From Pocillopora damicornis (lineage: Eukaryota), in assembly GCF_003704095.1 (NCBI RefSeq), contig NW_020845694.1:310001-374000 (forward strand): 64,000 nt of DNA, written 5' to 3'. Position 1 is the first letter of the stretch. Each line of letters opens with the position of its first letter. The notes under the pieces were generated by a model. The model worked only from the letters and a program-made list of their open reading frames with translations, had not been told where the DNA came from and did no database searches. This document shows positions 14,301 to 26,300 of the stretch, one piece after another. The translations under genes and the position numbers were made by a program.

Positions 14301-17300
14301 TTCACTGATACAAAATAATCATCAAGGATATTGCACTGAAACACTTTCGCTAACTTTTTTTTACCGCCTTAACAAACTAAAGAGTAGCAGCAGTTTATGA
14401 CCAAGGCAACATTCAAGACCATATCTTTCAGCAGAAGCTAAAGCAGATCCTCCGAAAATCAGTTCTAACTAAAGCAGAAAAAATGGTCTAAAATGTTGTC
14501 AATATTTAAGACAACAGAAAACCAAGAGACCATCTGCTAAAAATATATTTATTAAAAATATTGATAGAAACTATGTCACAATTAGTCATTGATTTTCTTC
14601 AAAAACTCAAATCGAGAATATATACCAAGATACAAAAATCACAATATATTAATTATACTAAATTTCAATTCTTTTCTCTCTCTAATATCACTGCTTTCAT
14701 GATTTATAATTTGGATTTCTGGGAGAATAAGGAAAATTAATTGTACAAATCAAATGAAATAATCAAATGAATTATAAAAGCGTTTGAAGTTTTTTCAAGT
14801 AGCAAAAGTTGTGATTCTACGTCTACTGCTTCAGATGAAAGATGGTCTTGAATGTATGAACTGCTCTATCGTGTTCTTTCTACATATACGTCATGATATG
14901 AAAGAACGTGGATTGGGCCTCTATAAATTGCGTACGATTGGTATTTGAAGAAAGCATCAACCATAATTTCAAACCACAAAGCTAAAAATTCAACTTGCAC
15001 TCAAACCGAGCAGTTGAGCGTTAAAAACCATAAATAATATGAACTGTCCAAAACTGATAGGAATACCGCATGTCTTGAAATGAAAAAAATATATCTTCCA
15101 AATAAAACTGTAAAATGTAAAAAAATATAAGCGTGCAAAGAATGCAGAAAAGCTACCATTTAAATTCCTGAAAAAATTTCAACTATAACAAACACGATTT
15201 CTTTTAAACTTTCGACGATTACTAGTCCAGATTGGGGCGAAATCAAATCTAATGAGCCAATTTATTCCTGTGGCAAATAAGAATCAGTATTGTTGTTGGT
15301 TATGCTGTTATTGTTAAGGAACAGCTCGCCTTCCACACTCACATCATCAGCTGTTTTCTCTTTCAGATTCTCAAGTTCTCGACTGCTTTCATTCAAGTCT
15401 CGTTCCAGTCGACTGATCACATCGAGTTGCTGGGAGATCTGGGAATGAGATATTGAGTTGCTGAGTTTGTGTTTAACTGATTGACTCGTTAAAGCCGTTT
15501 AACTGATTGAAAAGCAGATTAAGCCATAGAAATGAAATGAAAAACAAGAACAGCCTAACTTTAACAAAAAAACACAAAAATGTTATAAAAGAAAATTCGC
15601 ACCTCTCGTTCTTTGTCTCTTTGTTGATCTTTCAGATAGGAAGTTTCAGACTTTAGGCGATCTATCATTTCGTCCCTTTTAGACATCTGATAAAGAACGA
15701 ATAAGAAAAGAAGAGTTACTTCGTATACTTTGCATTCATTGGCAACTGGTGACAGCTCTATACAAAATGGAAACTCACAATAGAAGAAATCCACAAGAAA
15801 AAACAGAGTACAGATTAGCAAACCTTCGACAAAACATCTCTGTGCTGTTCCTGTAACTCATCCATCTCTGAGGCCAAGTGCTGTATTGTGTCCTCCTTCA
15901 TTTCAGCCTGATCGAAAGCAGACGAAAAAAATGTTTAAAACTGATTCTATCTGATATCTCAATGATTTTCTCCAATACCATAGTTTCAGGTGTCTCACTT
16001 GAACACGAACGCACAGACGGGTATTCACGTTGTTTAAGGGAAATCGATTTTAATATCCTATCAGAGCGTTTTCCGACTGAGAGTCATAAAAGCAAAACCC
16101 AACCAATGACAATGGCCAACAAATTCAATTAAGAGCCCATAAGAACTAAAAGTAAAAAAAAACGAAAACTCCCTAAAGCGCGGGAAAGCGCGGGCGACCA
16201 AATCGTAACTGGTTTTAGTTCTGCATTTGATTGGTTGAGAGGGTGGCACAAGGTTTATCGACCAATCACGGGGCGAGGTATAGCAAAACCAATGCATTAA
16301 TCTCATAAATTTCGACACTCAATTAAAAACTGCTTCAGTTTGTGGTTTTGTATTAAACAGAGCGTTCACTCCATCAATCGATGCCTGGAAACGATCCTTA
16401 CTTCGTGTTCCCTCTGGTCTCGATCGCCTTGAAGTGACGTCATTTTCAAGTTGAGTTCCCGGATGGTGTCTTCGTAATGCTCGAGCTGCGAACAAGAGCG
16501 GTTGGACAAATTTAAGAACTTAGAATAACTAACATTAAAGGTCAATCCTTCAACATCCAAGATTTAATCAGTAAGTGTCACCTTCGCCTACTTTAAATTT
16601 TCTTGTAATTTGGTTGTAGAAATTTGATGATAAGCCTTGTGCAAACATCCAACAAAGTAAATTAAAATTACCAGGAATCAAGATTTTCATGACAACAACA
16701 AGAAAAAATCTTGACCTTATCGGTGTATTCTTCGGACTTAGATTTCATGTCGTTCAGTTTGGCCTCCATGTCGACTACTGCTGTATTCCTTTGCTGCATC
16801 TGCGGGTAAAAAGTAACGAGATAAAAAAAATCGATCAAATGCATGTAATGTAGGTCTGTTTCGATTTCGAAGAGAATTTCACATGAACGAAACGAAACGT
16901 CAAATCAAAACGATGAAATTTTAATAACCTACGACAAAAAACAAGAAAACGTCGCGGCGCCAAGTCCGAGAACTCGCTTTAGAAAAGTCCCAAGTCTCTT
17001 GGCCAGCTTTGATATGTAACTTAGCCTACGGGGAGGCCCTAACTATAAGTAACGCAGGAAACGCTTTTTTCCACCAGCGGGAAGATTTGAGACGAGTCGT
17101 GGAGACATTTACCGGGGGGTCTGTAACTAATGACTGCAAGACCCCATGCAGAATTCTCACGACTCGCGTTGCACAAGCTCCGGGCCTCGTACTTTCCCGC
17201 GGGCGAAGACACACTCGTGCCGCAACGAAATCGCCACACACGCTATTATGCCCAGGAAATAGTATTCTTACATCTTGCAGACAGTCTTCATATTGCTGTC

Positions 17301-20300
17301 GAAGTCTCTCAACAGCTCGTTCGTGCTCTCGAACCTAAAAAAGACATTCAAAGCAATTAATTGGAAATTCTTCGACCATAGATGATGTTAAATAATATTA
17401 AATATCGCGGTAAAATGGACAAGAAAACCAGTTAGCCTTTTGAGAGGCCTCCTTGAGAGTGATAACAAACTGTAAATATCGGGCGTGCAGATTTTCCGGA
17501 AAGGTTAAAGATCACTAAAAGAGTAAAAAAGGAAATCCACTAACAGTTCACTAATGGTCACAAATAGGACTATATTTCGCTTAAGACACCAAAATATTAC
17601 TCTTAGTTTATTTCTTGTCTCCGTATCGAGGCCGTCGCACTTACATTATCTTCAGCCTTTTGCTGTTGTTCCTGAAGAGACAACTTTTCGATCTTAAGCT
17701 TATGTATAGCTTCTTCTCTCTTGGCGACCTGGAAACATAAAATTAACGTTTTCTATGAACGACAGGGGAAGGATTGCGATACATTTTTTTTTAACAAGCT
17801 CCAACAGTACCCCCTCGTTTCTTGCCAATACACTCCTCGTTTGGGAAAATAGAGAAATTATCAACTGAGTGTTGAAAGTGATCCGAGGGTGTTTTAGTTT
17901 TTCTTTTCCTCGCTCTATGATTGGCCCAGAAAACTCACTCCACTCTCTTAACCAATCAGATGCAAAACTGAAACCAATCACGACTTGGTCACCCGCGTTT
18001 TCCCGCGCTTTAGGAATTTTGGTTGTTTTACTTTGAGGTTTGACTGGCTCTTTAAGCTATTTTCCTTTCTTCCGATTGGTTGCTGTGATAACTGTGGTTT
18101 TAGTTTGGCGAATTTCAATTGAAAAGTGCTCTAAAAAATAGCATGCCCCACCATTTCGACTCCTTGCGTGCCTTTTAACCCTTTTCTCCCTAACATCAGT
18201 ATGCATATTCTCCATACTGTTCTCTACACATTTCCTGAAGTGTAGACAAGGAGAATTTGTTTAAAAATCAAGAGCTTTATAAGTTGGTGATCATTTCCCT
18301 GATTCTCGTGACCTTAATGTTTGATTCAGGGGTGATATTGTAAGAGAAATTAGAGGCTGGGCACTCTGCACACTGGGTTAAAGAATTAATACACGTCCCA
18401 CGAGGCAACAATGGAAACTGAATAAACAATAAGGTTGTCATGACAAGATTTAAACGAACCTCTTCTGCCAACACGTCTTGCTCGCTCTGGGTAGAGATCT
18501 TGTAAGCTTGAATTTTAGCTTCGAGTCTTCCTTTCTGCAATAGAACACACCATGGACGTTACCGTTTGTTCAAGTTAAACAAGTCCGAGATCCTTGCAAG
18601 CTGTATGCTGAGCATTTATGACGGCCTTGATAACAGTTCTAGTTACCTCTTCAATCGCATCCTTCAGCTGTTTCCTGCTGCCCTCCAGATCTCCCTCTAA
18701 CTGCTGAATGGTGTCGTCACGTCTCGTGATCTATAATTAAAAAGGGTTACACTGTACTAAAACGAGTGCAAGGGTATTACTACAGGGGTAGGGTGGAAAT
18801 TCCTAAGACTGCCACCCCCCCACCCCTTTTTTGTGGGGTAGAGATGTTGATTCACGATAATACAACAGCCTGCCGTACCCCCAAAGATGCCGATGATAGT
18901 CTACTGAAGGAACCGATTTGGTACATTGATAAATTACTTACGGTCTCCATTCTCGATTGAGGCATCTGTAAACTTTTAAGATTTGGCCAACAGAAAACAA
19001 ATTTAAGTAAAAATATTCTTACGTCATCAAGTGCTCTTCGATGGTTTTCTTGCGCTGTTAGAAGCTCCAGTTCAAGCTTTTGAATGGCTTTTTCGCGTCG
19101 AGACACCTAACATTAAAAGAAACGAAGATATATTACGTAACAAGTCACACGCATACTATGACATGCACCGAGCAAGAGTAACTCTCCATTAGAGCAAACG
19201 AACTGACAAGAAAGTAAATCCATCCAGGAATTACAACACGTATTAAAACTTACCTCGTCTACAAAATCTTTTTGCTGCACTTGAAGTCTTTGTAAAGCCT
19301 CTTCCCTGTGGGAGACCTGCATTGCGCGAAAATGCCAAAATTAGGAGAGGGAAACAATTAACGGGCTTGATTTGCTTTTTATCTGTTTTGTCTTGGTGGA
19401 AAAGAAAAGCGAATAGCAATTCACACTTGCAATTACAACTCTGAGTTGAAACCAGTGACAGCTGAAGGAATTCTCTTAACTGACTTTGCTCGTCACGATA
19501 TTGAAAATGAACCCTTTGCACCTTGACATCCTTATCAATGTTCTCCATACCGTTCACTATACATTTTCTTTGGTGCTGACGAGGAGAATTTGATTAACAA
19601 TCAAGAGCTTCTTTACTTAGTGCACATTTCCTTTATTCTCACAACCTTAATGTTTTATTTAGGTATTATAATGAAAGGAGAAATTAGATGCTGGTCACTC
19701 TGAGAGGTCAAAGAGTTAATAGCTCGCAGCATCGATTTGTACCTTGGACTGAGCTTGTTCATGCTGATCTTTTAAGTTTGAGAGAGCCATCTTAAGTTCC
19801 CGCAATTCTATATCTTTGTCGTCCACCTAAAAGATAAAAAGTACGTTGAATTAAGAAATAGAAATACTCGGTATAAGGTTCAAGAGAGAAGTTTTTAGAA
19901 AACGTAGGATTAAATGATATATTTAAATGAATCCAGCACCTACCATTTTCCCGAGATGATCAGACTTTTCTAGGCTGCTTTTTTGACTCCTCTCCAACCG
20001 ATTTTCCAGGTCAGATAACTGCAATATAGGACCACAACATCATTAAGTATTAACGAATAAAGAAGTCTCTCAATTTACCAATCGGGTGTTCAAGAACGAA
20101 CTTTTACAATGGCCTTATTATGAAACTTTTATTGCCGATTAATTTGTTTACAGCGACGAGTTATCATGATTAGGAAATTCGACGGGCATAGCTAAGCCTT
20201 TAAGTGATGTGTCTGAAGTTTCTCGAACGGCCAATCACTACATGGTCTTCTTGATAAACTCTTTACACTGACGGTGAGCTTTTTGAAATTTAAAGATCCA

Positions 20301-23300
20301 CGACATAGGAAAATTTCGTTCGCTTTCTTGCCAAAATTTCATTTTACAGTTCTCCTAAAAAAACTACCCTTCCCCAGTTTACAAGAACTGACGACTCGAT
20401 TGTTATCCCAGCGATGCATCAATAGCACGGATTTATTTGTTTACAATCGAGGATAGTTCCAAGTCAATGAGCGACAACCCCACCCTACCCGGCATAGGTA
20501 AAAATGTATTTCTTCTCTCCTCAGTCCTCTATCGCTTTAGCTACAAGTATGGATATTCAACATGGCAGCCAGCCAGCCTCGATCGTGGAAATCCTGCATT
20601 TCCTTCATCACTTACCCTTTTATTAGCAACATTTAGTTTACTTTCCAGCTCTGCCTGTTTACGACTGTAGTCTTCGATCTACAAAAATACAGTAAATACA
20701 ATATTGCAAACAGCGCAAATGACATGTAAACATTTTTCCAAAGTTCTAGGAAACTGTGTATGCAAATATCTTGCTCAAAAGCAAATATCACATTAATTTT
20801 TATTACAAAATCGTTACAGATTCCGTTGTCTTGAAACGGAATTTTTTTAAACGATCAGACAATATCAAGAAAGGTGACAAACACGTAAATGTATGCAGTA
20901 TTTCTATGAATTACAACCATGTACTTACGAGAAAACATCGCAACCAGATCGCACAAAAAATTGCAAACACGCAATGAAAAACGCAAGAACTACTTTTATA
21001 AAACATTTAACTGAATCAACCATTGTACCTTACTTGAGAGAACTAGGAAAATAAAAGGCGATAAGAACTCACCGAGTCTGTCATCTCTTTGTTTTGAGTT
21101 CGGAGCTTTGAAATCACATTATTCCGATGTGAAAGCTGTAGAGACAAAAGTATGTAGTTTTCTAGAGCTGTGCATTACTTAAAGCTTCTCTAGAGAAGTT
21201 TAACTAGAAACGCAAGAAAGCAACAAGCAGGGCTGGATAACAGCACAAACAACAAAGGCATACTTCAATGAAACATCTGTTTTATAAAGGCCGCGAGGAA
21301 TTCGTGTTAAATAAAGCTAACAAATATCACAAACGACATGTTAAGAGACGATGAGCAAATACCTTAAGCACTATATTACATTATATGAACACTGAAGACA
21401 CTGATAAGTTAATTTTTGATCGGGGCTACTCTTAAAATATAAGTTTGTTTACACTTCGATTCGGGCTTCACAAAGTCGCCGGTTGGGCAAAAGTTTTTGA
21501 AAACAATCGCAAATTCGCGCCTTAAGCACAGTACCTTTCATACAGTCGGTCAGACACTTCATTAAACCAGGCCAAAACGTCACAAGTTTCAAGTAAGGTC
21601 TTACAGAATCTCGAGGCAAAAGGAATCGAAATTCTGCACGAAAGCCCTCGCTGATTGCTCTCCGTAGCAAGGGACGCTAACTTTTCACACAACCGAAACA
21701 AATTTATGCAGTATGACCAATTTCAATTGATCTCTAACAAAGCAACGCCAACTGAACAATGAAGCTTTTGTTCAAGATCACACACTCATGCAAGCTTTGA
21801 AAACATGTTGAGGTTCTATCGAGTACAAGAAAACAAAGCAAATTCATCGCTACAATAAATCCAGCGAAGAAATACGAAAACAATTGCCGCTTGTTATACA
21901 GTATGATCTCTACAGAGCATTAAACTCTTTGCTTCCTTTTCCGCGCAAAGTGAAGGAAGTAACATAAACATTTCTGAAGAAGTCCACGAAAGAAATCGAA
22001 AGACATAGAAAAAAAATGTTGACATAGGATATAAAGAAAAAGAAAGAGAATAAAGTTTTACGCCTTTCCAGAAAATAAACAAGAAAGGTGAAAACAAATT
22101 AAGGTGTTAAAATAAACATAGATAGCATACTTTTTGTTCACTACTCAAGAATCATCTGCTCCATGAGAGTATATGCCTTTTGGATTTATTTTTTGCCGAG
22201 ATACTAAACTCTGAGCCAGAGTTAGCAGCTTTAAAAAAATGGCTTGATTCAATGTCATCACGAATGCAAAACAAATTCAAGACTTACCTGAGCGACTGCT
22301 TCTCTGTGTTTATTATCCAAAGCAGAAAGTTCCGTCTTTAACGTTAAAATGGTATCATGGCGCTCGGCCACCTGAAACAACAACGTGATTGGTTACTTTG
22401 ACAACCTACATCACCGTCAGTCCCTTGCAATAAATTAAGCCGATAATTTTCAAGCTTGTAATAATTTTGAAATTCCTATTTATCTTCACCATCCTGATAT
22501 ATGCTCCCTCACTTTCCATTTTTCTAATAAACGATTATCTTCAAAAAATTCACTCTATTTAACGGTCACTCTCTCTAACGCATTGGTACTAAAATCTGTC
22601 AGACGGAGAATATCGTCTTTGGTAAAAGATGAGCCCAGGGTATTGAGGTATAGTTTCACTAAAATCACCCTGGCCACGAAGCAAGCTCAGATTCGAATTA
22701 TGACAGTAGTCACTGATTATTTCCCTTGACAAGACACTGTTATCTCTCAGAGATCCTCTCACCACCGAGAACTACATAATATTGGTACCAGCAAACTTAA
22801 GAAATTACGGAAGGGTCTCCTGTGGGGAACTGCCACCCCGACCAGAATAAGCAGTTATACTCCTTCTCACACACACAATGCACTGAAAACTAGAGTAAAC
22901 CGGATACAAATGAGTCTCAACCCTTGAAAGACTTGACTCACTAGTCGTCATTTCCAACTTACCTCATTTGCTAGTGCGTCTCTCTGATCATTAGAAGCCA
23001 CCTGCAGTCGTTTTATCTCTCTCTGGGCCGCTCTGGATTCCTCTTCTGAACGTGCAACTTGCTCGCGACACTTCACAACATCTCCTTCCAGTTGCTGAAT
23101 GTGAAATTTATTCTTCTCCAGCTGAGATAAAATAAATTAGCAAATAACTTTCACCCTCATTTCCAGCTTTCGATTTGGCTTTACATTTTTGTCGCATGCG
23201 CTAAGCGAGCCCCGGAAGATATTTTCCATACCTTCCGAGGGACATTCCAACGCCCGCTAAAATTCATCTTACATCAAAATAAAATATTTTACCTCGTAAG

Positions 23301-26300
23301 TGCAGTTGTCAAGCTGCGATTTAAGCTCCCGGATCTCTTTTTCATACTGTTGGATCTGAAAATTAAATGAAAGCACACAAACTTTGCTCGTCGTCATCAA
23401 CAACGATTGAATGAGAACAAAAAGCCAACGAAGTGATGAAATACTTTTCATCAAATCCTTTGCAAGTATGCAAAAAAAATACAGTCACGAAAACAAGGAG
23501 AAACGCGCCATGTAAGACGACACGTTAAAAACACTTGTTGCACTCATAGACAGTCAGTTCACATCAGAGGTCAAACGTCTCAAAGACAAACGGAATCTTC
23601 CATCCTTTCCTGCTCGCCCGACATGCTTTCACCACTAACCTCCTTAATAGCAGCATTATATCGGTCTTTCATATTGTCAAGCTCGGAATCCCTTGAAGTC
23701 AGCTGAAACAAAAGAAGCTAGTAAGCGAATAATATAATTTCACAATTAGATACGTCGTTAGAAGTTTAAGCGAAGCAATGCAAAAAGCAAGGGAGCAAAT
23801 TTTACGCGCACATTGCGCTCAAACTGGCGGATCTCATTACGTGCATTTTATGCGCGCGCAGTGTTGCAACACGATCGGCCAGTACTGAAAATTCGACTGC
23901 GTCAGTGAATTTTTCTTAACTCCTCTCTCACACACAAAATTATTTTGTTCGGGAAATGAGCCTGCGCTCCTTGAGAGGGGGACAAAGATCGAACTCAAGA
24001 GAGCAACGAATTTCATTCAGCGTTCAACTTCTGTGCATGCGCGGACGTTGTAGTGGTTAGGGGCGTAATTCCAGGCCGGCCAAGTTGTCCAACAGGAATT
24101 AAATACAACTACGCAAGCCAGTAAGTCACAGAGTGTCAACAGCGTATAACTTTTTTTAAAAGCTCAAAAAACAAAATGGTAAATTGACAGGATACCCATA
24201 ATCAAACAAGCGTTGCGTTCGAACAGTTTCAATTTTCCCTCTTACTTTTGTTTCCTTTTACAGATTTCTACGAACGTTTTCATTTTTTACCCGTATTTTG
24301 TGTGACGGCAGCTGTTTCTTACTATGTTTTTCGAAGAAATTTTGAGCGCGCGCGACCGGCCAGAATTGATCCCCTCGCGCATGCCCAACGTTTGACCGCT
24401 ATGTTACGAAAATTACTGCTAACCTCGCTGACCAACACTTCTTTGTGTCCCTTGGCAGCATGCTGACTTTCGCTCAGTTGACTTTGTAGTTTGATCACTT
24501 CCTGGGCAGCTTTACGTCGCTGATCTTCAGCCACTTCCAATTCAGCCTCCAGTCGCTTAACTCGTTGTTCAAACTCCCGGGACAGATCCAATGGAATGCC
24601 TCCTTCTGAGTCTTTTAATGCCTGGACTTGTGTTTTAAGTTCACGGTTTTCTTCTTCGAGTCTTGCAACCTGTTCAATGGACACCATAATAAAATATTTC
24701 TCTAGTTCCAATAGTCTTTGGTTGTCAAGCTTGAATTTGATGAGAAAAATGTCCTTGAGCTTCAATCAAATTCNNNNNNNNNNNNNNNNNNNNNNNNNNN
24801 NNNNNNNNNNNNNNNNNNNNNNNNNNNNNNNNNNNNNNNNNNNNNNNNNNNNNNNNNNNNNNNNNNNNNNNNNTTTTCAACTACTCGTTTCAATAGTGTT
24901 CTTAGCTGCGAGGATCTCTTAATTTCATTCTTCACCGCAGTGCAAATATATGAATTTCATATATCTAAAATCATCATCTAAGAACTATTTTAAATAACCA
25001 ATAAGTTACAAGTTCTCAAAAGCCAGTGCCAGGCTCTCTCGGTTAGTGGAAATGAGCAAAAGATAAAAAAAAAAAATCAAAGTGCAGCCGTTTCGCTGAC
25101 AACCACAACCGCAGTTTGTCGCTCGCCAAGTCTTTGGCATGTCTTCCTAGACTGAGAGCCCGAAACAGGCCATGTTTTTCAATTTAATGAAACCTACCTT
25201 TACTTTATTGCCAACCTGCTGCTGTTCCAATACCCTCAAAGACTGATCTTTAGCAGCAACGTCTGAACGTTTTAGAGCCTGTTCATCCTGTAGTTTACCA
25301 ATCTGTCCCTGTAGGCGCGCTATAGACAGCTCACACTCTCTTAACTCTCTAGTCGTACTTTGCTGCTGTTTTCTCGAGTGCTCCAGGTCGTTCTTCAGCT
25401 TCCTAATAAGCACGTCTTTCTGAGTCATGCTGCCAGAGCATTCCTCCGCATAAGTATCAAACGACTTCGCATCCCCGGCAAAAGAGCCGACTTTTTCATA
25501 ACCATGAGCATTAGAGTCCACAAGTTCAAGATTGCTCTGAATAAGGAACGAAATAAATGTTAGTTATCTGGATTTAAGTGGGTACCTCCATCGTAATTTA
25601 ATTTGTGGGTAAAACAACAGAGTACACGGCCAATTTTGGAGCAAAATTCTTTGAGGTGGCTCAGTGTCTACTATAAGTAATAAATTTATATAAATAAAGT
25701 CCATTACAGAGACACTAACTAAAGGTCTCTGTTAGTCGGATGGCATCGAAGGTCACCATAGCCATACTTAACAGATTCTTAGAAACGTCCTTAACTATAG
25801 CTTCAGGTACCTGTAACTCAAACAACGAGTTCAATGATCCCCATTTTTTTTCTGCATACAATTCAGACCCCTTAAATTATCAAAAGAACGTCATTTTAAC
25901 TCCACATATTTTCTATTGAGCATAAAAGAAGTATTTTACCTGTTCTTTTCCTTTCAGGTCTTTCTGCAATCTTTGAATCATTTGATCTCTGGCAGCTAAC
26001 TGCTTCTTCAACTCTTGGATGTGTTCTGTGAGTCTTTTTTCTCCTTCTCTCCTGTAAAAATATTGTAAAATTGATCTGACCTGCACTGCTAATCAGAGCA
26101 AAGTAAAATATCACAAGGTGCCAATGAGAACTCAAAGTAATTACATGTGATGGGATGGCTTCAAGCATTGATATACCCACATGAATAAGTGGCAGATGGT
26201 TTACATTGTTTCTGATTGGTAAGATGGTGGAATCTTGAGGTAAGACCATTACAATACCTTATTACTTTGGACACCAGCAGTACAAGAACTAGCTTGCAGG

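Noticed and set aside
13845-14305. Nested gene or terminal exon in the 12941-15342 intron
   Set aside because: Phase-0 entry gives an immediate stop, and I see no recognisable protein.
24596-24981. ORFs spanning the N run
   Set aside because: Artefacts of the assembly gap.
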